This document shows positions 49,133-58,942 of a stretch of 64,000 nucleotides of DNA, one piece after another. Source of the stretch: a bacterium (lineage in GTDB: Bacteria; Bacillota; Clostridia; Oscillospirales; Oscillospiraceae); contig SFQY01000007.1 in assembly GCA_004562395.1 (NCBI GenBank), positions 13,272 through 77,271 on the forward strand, read 5' to 3'. Each line of letters begins with the position of its first letter. The first letter of the stretch is position 1. A program made the translations under genes and the position numbers. Below the pieces are notes generated by a model. It was not told the origin of the DNA, ran no database searches, and saw only the letters and a list, made by a program, of their open reading frames with translations.

Positions 49133-49795
49133 TCAGGGCCGGTACACCCGGTTCATGGCGATGACCTGCCCATTCTCGATGACAATGCTGGTGTCATAGG
49201 GGGTGAAGCCATAGTCAATGCCGGTACCCTCCACCAGGAAATCGCCGGGATAGTAGGTGACTTCGCCCTTCTCCGGATCGGAGCCGTCGGTATACACAAA
49301 GTCGGGGGAAACCCGGACAGTTGCCTCGCCGAGGGAATGATAGGCATACGTGTCGTTGGGCCCGGTCTCATGGAAGGTACCGTCCTCATCGGTGCGCAGC
49401 TCATACCCGCCGGCATCGTAACCGCCGTTGATCAGAACGGCGCCATAGGCATCCCGCGCAGCGGACACCACCGGGACTTCCTGACCGCCGATGACCAGAA
49501 TATCGCCTTCCTTCAGCGCCGCGATATCCACCGGGTCGTACCGGTCGTAGGTATAGACCGTTACCTTCATCTGCATGGCGCCGGTGTCATCCACATAGGC
49601 GTCTCCTTCCTTCAGGGAAACCGCAACGGTGCAGTTGTCCAGACGGCTCAGCTCCATGGTTTCCGTCAAGGGAGCAATGACGGTGGTCGCGGTCGCGGCC
49701 TCGGTTTGAGAAGCGGTGGATGCTTCCGGCGCGGCGGATTTGCAGCCGGTCAGAAGACAGCACACCGCAAGCAGTCCCAATACAATCTTTTTCAT
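49133..49795 (-). CDS. Hypothetical lipoprotein
   Basis: Signal peptide with lipobox LLTGC; AGGAGGTG RBS. Confidence 0.8.
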   Translation of the reverse strand: MKKIVLGLLAVCCLLTGCKSAAPEASTASQTEAATATTVIAPLTETMELSRLDNCTVAVSLKEGDAYVDDTGAMQMKVTVYTYDRYDPVDIAALKEGDILVIGGQEVPVVSAARDAYGAVLINGGYDAGGYELRTDEDGTFHETGPNDTYAYHSLGEATVRVSPDFVYTDGSDPEKGEVTYYPGDFLVEGTGIDYGFTPYDTSIVIENGQVIAMNRVYRP

Positions 49796-49934
49796 AAAGC
49801 ACCTCCTGTAAAAACAGTGCCGATATCATACCGCGTTCGCTCCGGTTTGGCAAGTTAAGCTTTTATTAAGTTTCCGGAAGAAAATGGAAAAAGGACGGGC
49901 AATGGCGAATACAGTTGCACAGGAGGTGACGCGT

Positions 49935-50132
49935 ATGATCGCCGCGGCATGGCTGATTTTAAGCTCTCTGCTGTATTCGCTGCAACTGAACACAGGCTCC
50001 TTCCCCAAACCCCTGACCGAAGAGGAGGAACGCCACTACCTGGCACTGGCCCAACAGGGAGACCTGGAGGCCCGGAATATCCTGATCGAACGCAACCTGC
50101 GCCTGGTGGCCCATATTATGAATAAGGGATAA
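49935..50132 (+). CDS. sigK: 5' fragment of sporulation sigma factor sigK (pro-sigma-K N-terminus), interrupted after VAHIM
   Basis: AGGAGGTG RBS; hydrophobic pro-sequence, then GSFPKPL...GDLEARNILIERNLRLVAHIM, then stop; no continuation seen in the window. Confidence 0.88.
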   Translation: MIAAAWLILSSLLYSLQLNTGSFPKPLTEEEERHYLALAQQGDLEARNILIERNLRLVAHIMNKG

Positions 50133-50315
50133 TGCCCGCGGAGAGTTTTTCCGGGCAATTCAGGAAGTTGTGAATTTACCTATATCGGAAAGAAAGTGTC
50201 CGTTTTCTGGAACGGAAAAAAGGACCTTCTCGGCAGAATGTGCTGCGACTTTCTGCGATGTAACAAAAATGAAAAAACAAGGTAACGATTCAGTCGTACC
50301 CGAAATTTCTCATAA

Positions 50316-50461
50316 AAATGATCGTTTAGCGGCCTGACGGCCCCCTCTGACGAGGGGGCTGTCAGCGAAGCTGACTGGGGGAGAGAAAGCCTGAAAGCTT
50401 TCGCATTCCTGGTAAATACGGGAAAAGACGGAACAAACCTTCGGAGCGTAAACGATCATTT
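50316..50461. repeat. REP-like element, family A, second copy with perfect AAATGATCGTTT/AAACGATCATTT ends
   Basis: First 120 bp match 14250-14369; 50444-50464 is the exact reverse complement of 30628-30648. Confidence 0.88.
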
Positions 50462-50598
50462 ACGTGAAACTCTCTACCACAACTGAATAGTTACAAAACA
50501 AGTTTTTTACATGGATATAACAAACTTGACGGACGGCGGAATGAATGGTAGGATAAATACAGAAAAAACTTACGAACTGGATAGAGAGGACAGCTACT

Positions 50599-51894
50599 AT
50601 GGAAAGCTTCGTAATCAGTGTATCCCTTGGAACCGGATGCTACCGACATATTCAGATCAGCGCGGATGCCACGCTGTATCGGCTTCACAAGGCAATTTTA
50701 GCGGCATTCCAGTTTGACGACGACCACCTGCATGCCTTCTTTATGGATAATAAACGGTGGAGCCGGTGGGATATGTTTGTCGCTCACAAATCGGAGCCAT
50801 CTGACCGTCTGACAAAAAAGTATTCCCTACAGCGGGCCGGTTTGGTGAAAGGAAAGAAATTTTTGTATCTGTTTGACTTTGGAGATGAATGGCTATTTCA
50901 GTGCAGAGTACTCAGGGAGCTGGATGAAAAAACGGATATCCCGGTTGTCATCCGAAGCGTGGGGGAATCACCGGAGCAATATCCGCCCTGTGATGACTGG
51001 GATGAGGATGGTTGGGAAGTGATCGAGGTCTTACATCCCCAGGGAATACCCCCGGAGGAAAAGAAGCCGCAGACGGAGCAGGATTGTAGGCTTCCGGATT
51101 TGGGCGAGGATGACGAACTGTGGCCGGATTTCGATTATGAAGGTTTCCCCAGACTTTATCCCCTCTCGGTTGCTTTGGAGGAATTTGAAAAGCTGCCGAT
51201 TTCAATTGATGAAGCCCTTGATATTATGGAATACTGTGACGCTGCCGCAAGATTGTATGGCGTAATTCCTCTCAGAAAGCTCCTGGAAATATATAATAAG
51301 CACAATAAACCCATATCTACGGATCTTTTTTTGAAAATCGCGGAAATCCTTCGCCATCAGTATCGGTTGTTTTCAATCCTGAACTGTGAGGCATTGAAGC
51401 AGCATGCTCCAATGGACGATCCGCTGGATTGGGAAATTGTTGCCCAGTATGTTTATGAAACGGACATTAATGATTATTATGCCTTTGTTCAGCTTCAGGG
51501 AGAGAAACCGTATTGTATTCTTCCCAAGGCGGAATTTCTCCGCTATGCAAATCCAAATTATTTTCCCAAAACCGTACAGGTCAAGCAGATGCGTCAGTTC
51601 CTTCTTTCTGTGACGGAATCTCAAAGCGATGCGGAAACGATTCTTTTTGATTTGCAGGAAATGATTGCCTTAGACCTTGCGGTAGACGATATCCTCGATA
51701 TTCTGGCAGAGGACGGTCTTCAGTTTGAAAGCAAAACGGAGCTGAATTCGTTCCTTTCCCTGTATCAGGAACTCAATAATCATTCCCGGAAATATATCAA
51801 TCGTGGCTACACCCCGGCTGAGCTGGCCCGCATCCTGCCAATCGCCGGGCAAGTTTCCTTGTTTGACGATGCAACATCGACTCCTGCCCCGTAA
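50599..51894 (+). CDS. pRiA4b ORF-3-like N-terminal domain protein with acidic C-terminal region
   Basis: TLYRLHKAILAAF, DHLHAF, YLFDFGDEW, GESPEQY; C-terminal NRGYTPAEL. Confidence 0.78.
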   Translation: MESFVISVSLGTGCYRHIQISADATLYRLHKAILAAFQFDDDHLHAFFMDNKRWSRWDMFVAHKSEPSDRLTKKYSLQRAGLVKGKKFLYLFDFGDEWLFQCRVLRELDEKTDIPVVIRSVGESPEQYPPCDDWDEDGWEVIEVLHPQGIPPEEKKPQTEQDCRLPDLGEDDELWPDFDYEGFPRLYPLSVALEEFEKLPISIDEALDIMEYCDAAARLYGVIPLRKLLEIYNKHNKPISTDLFLKIAEILRHQYRLFSILNCEALKQHAPMDDPLDWEIVAQYVYETDINDYYAFVQLQGEKPYCILPKAEFLRYANPNYFPKTVQVKQMRQFLLSVTESQSDAETILFDLQEMIALDLAVDDILDILAEDGLQFESKTELNSFLSLYQELNNHSRKYINRGYTPAELARILPIAGQVSLFDDATSTPAP

Positions 51895-52028
51895 ACTGTT
51901 TCCGGAACTCCCTCCCGAAATACCTCATGTCCCTGCGGCAGCGGCAGAAAGTAAAAAACTGCTGCGGAAAAGGAAAATAATGCTGAAATCGTAAAGAACA
52001 TTCACACGAGAAAGTTGGGGCAAAAGAA

Positions 52029-52577
52029 ATGACAGAACTGGAGATTATGCAGCGGGCGAAGATGTACATGGAAAAGCTGGCCCAGGGGATCGATCCGATT
52101 TCGGATCAGGAAATGCCTGAGGACTCCGTGCTGAACAATGTCCGGCTGGCGAGATGCTTTTTCTATGTGTCCGGGATTTTGGATCAGGTAATTGCGAACG
52201 GCGGCAAGGTTGTCAGTATTTCCCAAAAAGACTTTTTTATCACGGATGAAGAACTGCGGCGTGTGGATCCGTCACAGGAGCCAATCCGGATCACGCAGTT
52301 TGTTGACCTCATTATGAATGCGATCAACGATCCGGACCGGAAGCGTTTGAAGACAACGACGATTACCGGATGGTTGATTCAGAAAGGTTTTATGACGAAA
52401 CAGGCAGACGCAGACGGCAAATCCCAACGTCTTCCAACGGCCATGGGGGAGAAACTCGGCTTGTCTGCCATGCTCCGGCAAGGCCAGTACGGAACCTATC
52501 GGGCGGTCTTCTATTCCGAGGAGGCTCAGCGGTTTCTTCTGGATCATCTGCAGGAGATGCTGCAGGCTGAAAAATAG
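52029..52577 (+). CDS. Conserved hypothetical protein, possibly DNA-binding
   Basis: 182-aa ORF, KLAQGIDPI...RLARCFFYV...ITGWLIQKGF. Confidence 0.7.
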   Translation: MTELEIMQRAKMYMEKLAQGIDPISDQEMPEDSVLNNVRLARCFFYVSGILDQVIANGGKVVSISQKDFFITDEELRRVDPSQEPIRITQFVDLIMNAINDPDRKRLKTTTITGWLIQKGFMTKQADADGKSQRLPTAMGEKLGLSAMLRQGQYGTYRAVFYSEEAQRFLLDHLQEMLQAEK

Positions 52578-52724
52578 CGGTGCTGATGTGAATATGGACA
52601 GGCCCGGCGGGAGACAACCTCCTGCCGGGCATTCATGTGGCACGATCCTTCCTTTACGGAACAGCATATGGGGCTTGATTTGTGCCTGCTGCTGTGATAA
52701 GCTAGATATAAAGGGGGCGATATT

Positions 52725-54842
52725 GTGTACTATGCACACATTCGGGAGGACGGCTGTGTTCAAACGATACAGGAACATCTGGAGGGAACCGCTCAACGAT
52801 GCGGCGAATTTGCCAGGCAGTTTGGGGAAGAGAACCGCGGACGATTTCTCGGTTATGCCCACGACATAGGAAAATGTTCAGAGGCTTTCCAAAAACGTCT
52901 CCACGGCGGTCCAAAGGTGGATCACGCTACGGCGGGGGCTCTGGAATGTGCAAAAGTTGGAGAAAACGCCATGGCCTGCTGTGTTGTTGGGCATCATGGC
53001 GGGCTGCCGGATTTTGGGAACCCCAAAACGGATTATCCGGGAATGCCAACCTTTGCCGGGCGGATAAAAAAGGGAATGGCAGGCGGTATCCCGGCCTGCC
53101 ATTGGAATGGAACACTGCCCGACCCAGGGAGAAAACCGGATATAAAAGATCCCTACGCGCTATCCATGTGGGTTCGAATGCTGTATTCTTGCCTGGTGGA
53201 TGCGGACTATTTGGACACGGAAGCGTTCATGGCGGAATCGAAACCTCAGCGGGGTAATTATGATTCCATGTCGGTGCTGCTGGAACGGTTGAAGGACAAC
53301 ATCCGGCCCTGGTTTCCGGGGAACACGGAACTTAACAAAAAACGTTGTTCCATCCTGTCTCAATGCCTGGAAAAAGCGCCGCAGCCACGGGGTATCTACT
53401 CGCTGACTGTCCCCACTGGCGGCGGGAAGACGGTTTCTTCTCTGGCTTTTGCACTGCAGCACGCAGTGGCCAACGGACTGGACCGGGTGATTTATGTCAT
53501 TCCTTACACCTCCATCATCGAACAAAATGCCGCTGTTTTCCGGGAGATTCTGGGGGAAAACAACGTGGTGGAACACCACAGCGGCGTTTGCTGCGATGAT
53601 AACGACGAAACGAATACCGCCAATCACTTTCAGCGGCTGGCAGCGGAAAACTGGGACGCTCCAGTGATCGTGACGACAGCGGTACAGTTTTTTGAATCGA
53701 TCTATTCCAACCGCTCTTCACAGTGCCGCAAGCTGCACAATCTGGCGAACAGCGTGGTGATTTTTGACGAGGCGCAGATGCTTCCAACCTGTCACCTGCT
53801 TCCCTGCGTGGGAGCTATGGCCAGTCTTGTGTCTCAATTCCGCGCCACGATTTTGCTCTGCACAGCCACGCAGCCGGTGCTGGGGGATTTGTTCGGCCGG
53901 TTCTGCCCGGAGCGGCAAATTACGGAGCTGTGCCCGGAGGTGGCAGAGAATTTCCGAAATTTCCGCCGTGTGACCTATCGGGACGGCGGTACGCTGTCCG
54001 ATGAAACGCTTGCCGGGGAGTTGTGTCGGGAAAAGCAGGTGCTGTGTATCGTGAATACCCGCAAAACGGCGCAAACACTATATTCACTGCTTCCGGAGGA
54101 GGGGAGGTTTCACCTGTCTACGTTGCTGTACCCTGCCCATAGAAAGGCAGTGCTGAAAACAATCCGGCAGCGGCTGAAAGCTGGACTGCCCTGCAGGGTG
54201 GTATCCACATCACTGATAGAAGCCGGTGTGGATGTGGATTTCCCCTCCGTCTACCGGGAAATCGCGGGGCTGGATGCCATTGCCCAGGCCGCAGGCCGCT
54301 GCAACCGGGAAGGAAAGCGGGATGCGGAAGCAAGCATTGTAACCTACTTTCGGAGTGAACACCCTGTGCCGGTTTTGCAGAAGATCAATATTCAGGCAGC
54401 TCACGAGGCTCTGAAGCAGTGCGGCGATCCCGGCAATCCGGAAACAATAAACCGCTACTTTACCTCTCTGCGGTCATGGATTGGGGAGAATATGGACAAA
54501 TCCGGAATGATGAAAACCCTGCGAGAGCAGCTGCTTCCCTTCAAGACTGTTTCGGAGGCGTTTCATCTGATTGAGGAAGAAACCTGTACTGTCTACATTC
54601 CTTTGGGAGAAGGAGAACCGATTTGCCATCTCCTGCAGGAAGGACGGGCCAATCGGGAGGACTTCCGCCGGGCGGGGCAGTACAGTGTCAGCATTTATCG
54701 GCAGCATTTCCAGGCTCTGGTGAACGCCGGAGATATTTTGCCTCTGTCGGATGACAGCGCGATTCTGACCAATCTCAGCCTGTATGACCCGGAAATGGGA
54801 TTGTCCATGAAAGCCGATGGGGGAAAAGCGGAATTTATTTGA
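52725..54842 (+). CDS. cas3: CRISPR-associated nuclease/helicase Cas3
   Basis: YAH, HDIGK, HHGGL, LVDAD, PTGGGKT, DEAQ, TAT, QAAGRCNR. Confidence 0.96.
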   Translation: MYYAHIREDGCVQTIQEHLEGTAQRCGEFARQFGEENRGRFLGYAHDIGKCSEAFQKRLHGGPKVDHATAGALECAKVGENAMACCVVGHHGGLPDFGNPKTDYPGMPTFAGRIKKGMAGGIPACHWNGTLPDPGRKPDIKDPYALSMWVRMLYSCLVDADYLDTEAFMAESKPQRGNYDSMSVLLERLKDNIRPWFPGNTELNKKRCSILSQCLEKAPQPRGIYSLTVPTGGGKTVSSLAFALQHAVANGLDRVIYVIPYTSIIEQNAAVFREILGENNVVEHHSGVCCDDNDETNTANHFQRLAAENWDAPVIVTTAVQFFESIYSNRSSQCRKLHNLANSVVIFDEAQMLPTCHLLPCVGAMASLVSQFRATILLCTATQPVLGDLFGRFCPERQITELCPEVAENFRNFRRVTYRDGGTLSDETLAGELCREKQVLCIVNTRKTAQTLYSLLPEEGRFHLSTLLYPAHRKAVLKTIRQRLKAGLPCRVVSTSLIEAGVDVDFPSVYREIAGLDAIAQAAGRCNREGKRDAEASIVTYFRSEHPVPVLQKINIQAAHEALKQCGDPGNPETINRYFTSLRSWIGENMDKSGMMKTLREQLLPFKTVSEAFHLIEEETCTVYIPLGEGEPICHLLQEGRANREDFRRAGQYSVSIYRQHFQALVNAGDILPLSDDSAILTNLSLYDPEMGLSMKADGGKAEFI

Positions 54843-55016
54843 ATCATACCCGTTTTATTGGACATTTTCTGTGCTATAGTGAAAATAGTAAGAGACTTTG
54901 GAAGTGCTCTGTGATATTTTTATTATGTGCCACGGAAAAAGAGTCGACCGGGTTGGCAGAAAAGCGAGCTGCCCGGCCGATTCCAATAAAAATCCATACA
55001 AGAAAGGAGAATGCCT

Positions 55017-55676
55017 ATGTCAATTTCCGTTGAGGTCTGGGGAGATTATGCCTGCTTCTCGCGGCCGGAAATGAAAGTGGAACGGGTCAGCTATGACGTG
55101 ATGACGCCTTCCGCTGCCCGGGGGCTGCTGGAGGCAATTTACTGGCATCCAGGCATGAAGTGGGTTGTTGACCGGATTCACGTTTGTGCCCCTATCCGTT
55201 TTACCAACATCCGGCGCAATGAGGTCAAGGACACCATCAGTGCCCGGAAAGCCCAGACCGTTATGGAACGGGGCGGGGAATTCTATCTGGCTACACCGGA
55301 CAGCATTCAGCAGCGTGCCGCCATGGTGCTGCGGGATGTGCGCTATGTCATTGATGCCCATTTTGAGATGACTGCCAGAGCAACCCCGACAGACAACCCC
55401 GGAAAATTTCAGGACATCATGCGCCGCCGGGTGGAAAAGGGGCAGTTTTATCACCAGCCCTGTTTTGGCGTCCGGGAGTTTCCCGCCCACTTCAAGCCCT
55501 GTACGGAGCTTCCCCCCTGTCCGGAGGAGCTGAAGGGCGAAAAGGATCTGGGCTGGATGCTGCTGGATTTGGACTATTCTGACGGGGAGAATATAACGCC
55601 CCACTTCTTCCGGGCAGTGCTGCGGGACGGTGTTCTGGAGGTGCCGCCAATGTACAGTGAGGAGGTGCGGATGTGA
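55017..55676 (+). CDS. cas5c: Type I-C Cas5
   Basis: GDYACFSRPEMKVERVSYDVMTPSAARG, IRRNEV, GVREF. Confidence 0.96.
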   Translation: MSISVEVWGDYACFSRPEMKVERVSYDVMTPSAARGLLEAIYWHPGMKWVVDRIHVCAPIRFTNIRRNEVKDTISARKAQTVMERGGEFYLATPDSIQQRAAMVLRDVRYVIDAHFEMTARATPTDNPGKFQDIMRRRVEKGQFYHQPCFGVREFPAHFKPCTELPPCPEELKGEKDLGWMLLDLDYSDGENITPHFFRAVLRDGVLEVPPMYSEEVRM

Positions 55677-57394
55677 TTCTGCAAGCATTGACCCGGCTGT
55701 TCGAGGACCTGGCGCAGCAGGGGAAAATTGCCCGCCCCGGATGGAACCCGGCAAAGATCAGCTATGCCCTGTGCCTGGACGAACGGGGCAATTTGGAAAA
55801 TGTTGTCCCTCTGCTGTCGGAAACGACAGTGGGAAAGAAAACCCAGCTGCGCCCGACACCCGTGGAGCTGCCATCCTCTGTTACCCGGACGGTTGGTATT
55901 CTGCCCAATTTCCTGTGGGACAATGCCAGCTATCTTCTGGGGGCTGACGAGAAGGGCAAGCCGGAACGAAGCCTGAGCTGCTTCCGCGCCTGCGCAGAGC
56001 TGCATCACAAGCTGCTGGATGCTGTGGATTCTCCTGCCGCAAAGGCGATTTTGGCCTATTTTGATACTTGGCATCCGGAAGAGGCGCCAGTCCACCCTGC
56101 TCTTGGGGACTGCTGGCAGGAACTGATGAAAGGCGGAAATCTGGTTTTTCGGGTAGATGGTATGTTTGCTCAGGACGACCCGGCAATCCGGGAGGCATGG
56201 AACACCCATTACAGCAGAGAAGAAGGAGAAAAACAGCAATGCTTGGTCACCGGTAACTGGGATGTGGCGGAACCGGTACACCCTGCAATCAAGGGCGTTG
56301 CCGGCGCACAGTCCAGCGGTGCTGCCATTGTGTCCTTCAACGCCTCCGCCTTCTGCTCTTATGGCAAAGAGCAGAGCCTGAACGCTCCAGTCGGCAAGTA
56401 CGCTGCCTTTGCCTATACAGCCGCGCTGAATTACCTGCTGGCGGATAAGCCCAATGTCCACCGCATCGGCGATACTACCGTGGTTTGCTGGGCGGAGGGG
56501 GCGGAACCACAGTACAGTCTGTTCGCTGGACTGTCTCTGTTTGGCGACAATCTTCCGGAGGGATTGAGCATCAACGATCTGCATTCCGCGCTGCGAAGTC
56601 TTGCACAAGGGCTTCCCTGTGAAGAACTAAAGTTGGATCCCAAACGTCCCTTCTACATTCTGGGTCTCGCCCCCAATGCAGCCAGGCTGTCCGTCCGGTT
56701 TTTCTGCCGCGATTCCTTCGGCAGCCTGATGAAGAATGTCAATGCCCACCATAAGCGTATGGAAATCGTGGGCAATCGATACGCCATCACACCTCTTTGG
56801 GCGATGTTCCGGGAGACGGTGAATTTGAACACCACAGACAAGGCTCCTTCCCCTGTGATGGCAGGCGCTGTGACGCGAGCCATCTTTATGGGAACCGCCT
56901 ATCCTGCCTCTCTGCTGGAAGCGACCATGCTCCGCATCCGGGCAGAGCGGGAGATCACCCCCGGACGAGCGGCGATTCTGAAAGCCTTTTATCTGAAAAA
57001 TACCAATGATCTGTGCCCAAAGGAGGTACTGACTGTGAGCCTGAATGAAAACAGCACCAACATTCCCTATACATTGGGACGCTTGTTCTCGGTCTATGAG
57101 GCTGTTCAGGAGAGCGCGAATCCTGGAATCAACGCCACCATCAAGGACAAGTATTTCAATTCCGCATCTGCCACACCGGCGACCATCTTCCCAATCCTGG
57201 ATAATCTGTGCCAGAAGCATCTGCGTAAGCTGGACACCGGCCTGCGTATCACCTATGATCGTCAGATTGGCAAGCTGAAGGACGTTCTGGGAGAATGCTA
57301 CCCCTCCCGTCTGTCCCTGCCGGAGCAAGGATCCTTTAATCTGGGTTATTATCATCAGAAACAGTTCCGCTTTACAAAAAAGGAGGATAAATAA
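55673..57394 (+). CDS. cas8c: Type I-C Cas8c/Csd1
   Basis: MILQAL, NFLWDNASY, CLVTG, VSFN, LGLAPNAARLS, YTLGRLF, LGYYHQ. Confidence 0.95.
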   Translation: MILQALTRLFEDLAQQGKIARPGWNPAKISYALCLDERGNLENVVPLLSETTVGKKTQLRPTPVELPSSVTRTVGILPNFLWDNASYLLGADEKGKPERSLSCFRACAELHHKLLDAVDSPAAKAILAYFDTWHPEEAPVHPALGDCWQELMKGGNLVFRVDGMFAQDDPAIREAWNTHYSREEGEKQQCLVTGNWDVAEPVHPAIKGVAGAQSSGAAIVSFNASAFCSYGKEQSLNAPVGKYAAFAYTAALNYLLADKPNVHRIGDTTVVCWAEGAEPQYSLFAGLSLFGDNLPEGLSINDLHSALRSLAQGLPCEELKLDPKRPFYILGLAPNAARLSVRFFCRDSFGSLMKNVNAHHKRMEIVGNRYAITPLWAMFRETVNLNTTDKAPSPVMAGAVTRAIFMGTAYPASLLEATMLRIRAEREITPGRAAILKAFYLKNTNDLCPKEVLTVSLNENSTNIPYTLGRLFSVYEAVQESANPGINATIKDKYFNSASATPATIFPILDNLCQKHLRKLDTGLRITYDRQIGKLKDVLGECYPSRLSLPEQGSFNLGYYHQKQFRFTKKEDK

Positions 57395-57395
57395 T

Positions 57396-58283
57396 ATGAG
57401 CGCCATTTCCAACCGGTACGAATTCGTAATCTTTTTCGATGTGGAAAACGGAAACCCCAATGGTGATCCGGATGCCGGCAATATGCCCCGTGTCGACCCG
57501 GAAACCGGCTACGGCCTGGTGACGGACGTATGTCTGAAGCGAAAAATCCGCAACTATGTGGAAACTGTAAAGGAGGGAGAGCCTGGCTACCGCATCTACG
57601 TCAAGGACGGCGTGCCCCTGAACCGCAGCGATGCGGAAGCCTGCGCTTATGTCGGCGTTGATCCCGCCAAGCTGAAAGAGGCTAAGAAGAAGGATGCCGA
57701 TCTGGATGTCAAAATCCGGGACTTTATGTGCCAGAACTTCTTCGATATCCGTACTTTCGGCGCTGTGATGACCACTTTCGTTAAGGGCGCACTGAACTGT
57801 GGTCAGGTGCGGGGCCCTGTTCAGCTGGGCTTTGCCCGAAGCGTTGACCCCATTTTGCCGCAGGAGGTTACCATTACCCGCGTTGCCATTACCACTGAGG
57901 CAGACGCGGAGAAAAAAGGAACGGAAATGGGGCGGAAGTACATTGTTCCCTATGGCCTGTACCGGGCGGAGGGCTATGTGTCCGCTAACCTGGCACGGAA
58001 GACCACCGGCTTTTCCGAGGAGGACCTGCAGCTTCTGTGGCAGGCAATTCTCAACATGTTTGAATTGGATCATTCTGCTGCCCGGGGCAAGATGTCCGTC
58101 CGGGAACTGATTGTATTCCGCCACGATTCCGAACTGGGCAATGCACCTGCCTACAAGCTGTTCAATCTGGTAAAAGCAGAGCGGATCCCCGGCGTGGTTA
58201 CACCCAGGGCCTACTCCGATTATCGGATTAGCGTGGACGAGGCCCGTCTGCCTGACGGCGTTGCCTGTACGCGCATGGGGTGA
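57396..58283 (+). CDS. cas7c: Type I-C Cas7/Csd2
   Basis: GNPNGDPDAGNMPR, TDVCLKRKIR, DIRTFG, VRGPVQ, HSAARG. Confidence 0.96.
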   Translation: MSAISNRYEFVIFFDVENGNPNGDPDAGNMPRVDPETGYGLVTDVCLKRKIRNYVETVKEGEPGYRIYVKDGVPLNRSDAEACAYVGVDPAKLKEAKKKDADLDVKIRDFMCQNFFDIRTFGAVMTTFVKGALNCGQVRGPVQLGFARSVDPILPQEVTITRVAITTEADAEKKGTEMGRKYIVPYGLYRAEGYVSANLARKTTGFSEEDLQLLWQAILNMFELDHSAARGKMSVRELIVFRHDSELGNAPAYKLFNLVKAERIPGVVTPRAYSDYRISVDEARLPDGVACTRMG

Positions 58284-58942
58284 TCTATTCGGAGGAAAAT
58301 TTCCTCCAACTGTCGGGACTCCAGCATTTCGCCTTCTGCCGCCGGCAATGGGCACTGATTCATATTGAGAATCAGTGGGAAGAAAATTTTCGCACCATTG
58401 ACGGAGCGATTTTACACCAAAACGCCCATGACACGCAGTTTTTCGAGAGCCGGGGGGATCGGTTTGTTACCCGGGGTGTCAGCGTCTATTCCGCGGAGCT
58501 GGGTGTTTCCGGGCAATGTGACGTTCTGGAGTATCACAGGGGAAATACAGGCATCCCTCTGGCCGGGAAGGAGGGCCTTTGGCAGCCCTATCCGGTGGAG
58601 TATAAACGAGGCCGCCCCCGGGAGGATACCGGGGACGCCCTCCAGCTTTGCGGACAGGCTATGTGTCTGGAAACCATGCTGTGCTGCGATGTCCCGGAAG
58701 GCGCACTGTATTACGGGGAGATTCGCCGGCGGGAGCGGGTCGTCTTTACCCCGGAGCTGCGTTCCCAGGTCAAAGACCTGCTGGCGCAGATGCACGACCT
58801 CTATCAGCGGGGTTATACGCCTAAGGTCAAGCCCACGAAAAGCTGTAACGCCTGTTCCATGAAGGAGCTCTGCCTGCCAAAGCTGATGAAAAACCGCTCC
58901 GTGTCCGCTTATCTCAAAGATGCTATGGAGGAAATGCCATGA
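58280..58942 (+). CDS. cas4: CRISPR-associated Cas4
   Basis: QHFAFCRRQW, DVLE, PVEYKRG, CNACS...C. Confidence 0.95.
   Translation: MIYSEENFLQLSGLQHFAFCRRQWALIHIENQWEENFRTIDGAILHQNAHDTQFFESRGDRFVTRGVSVYSAELGVSGQCDVLEYHRGNTGIPLAGKEGLWQPYPVEYKRGRPREDTGDALQLCGQAMCLETMLCCDVPEGALYYGEIRRRERVVFTPELRSQVKDLLAQMHDLYQRGYTPKVKPTKSCNACSMKELCLPKLMKNRSVSAYLKDAMEEMP

Noticed and set aside
49935..50132. sigE, sigG or an ECF fragment instead of sigK
   Set aside because: The hydrophobic pro-peptide with SFPKPL and LVAHI fits sigma-K better; sigma-E typically reads LVVYI.
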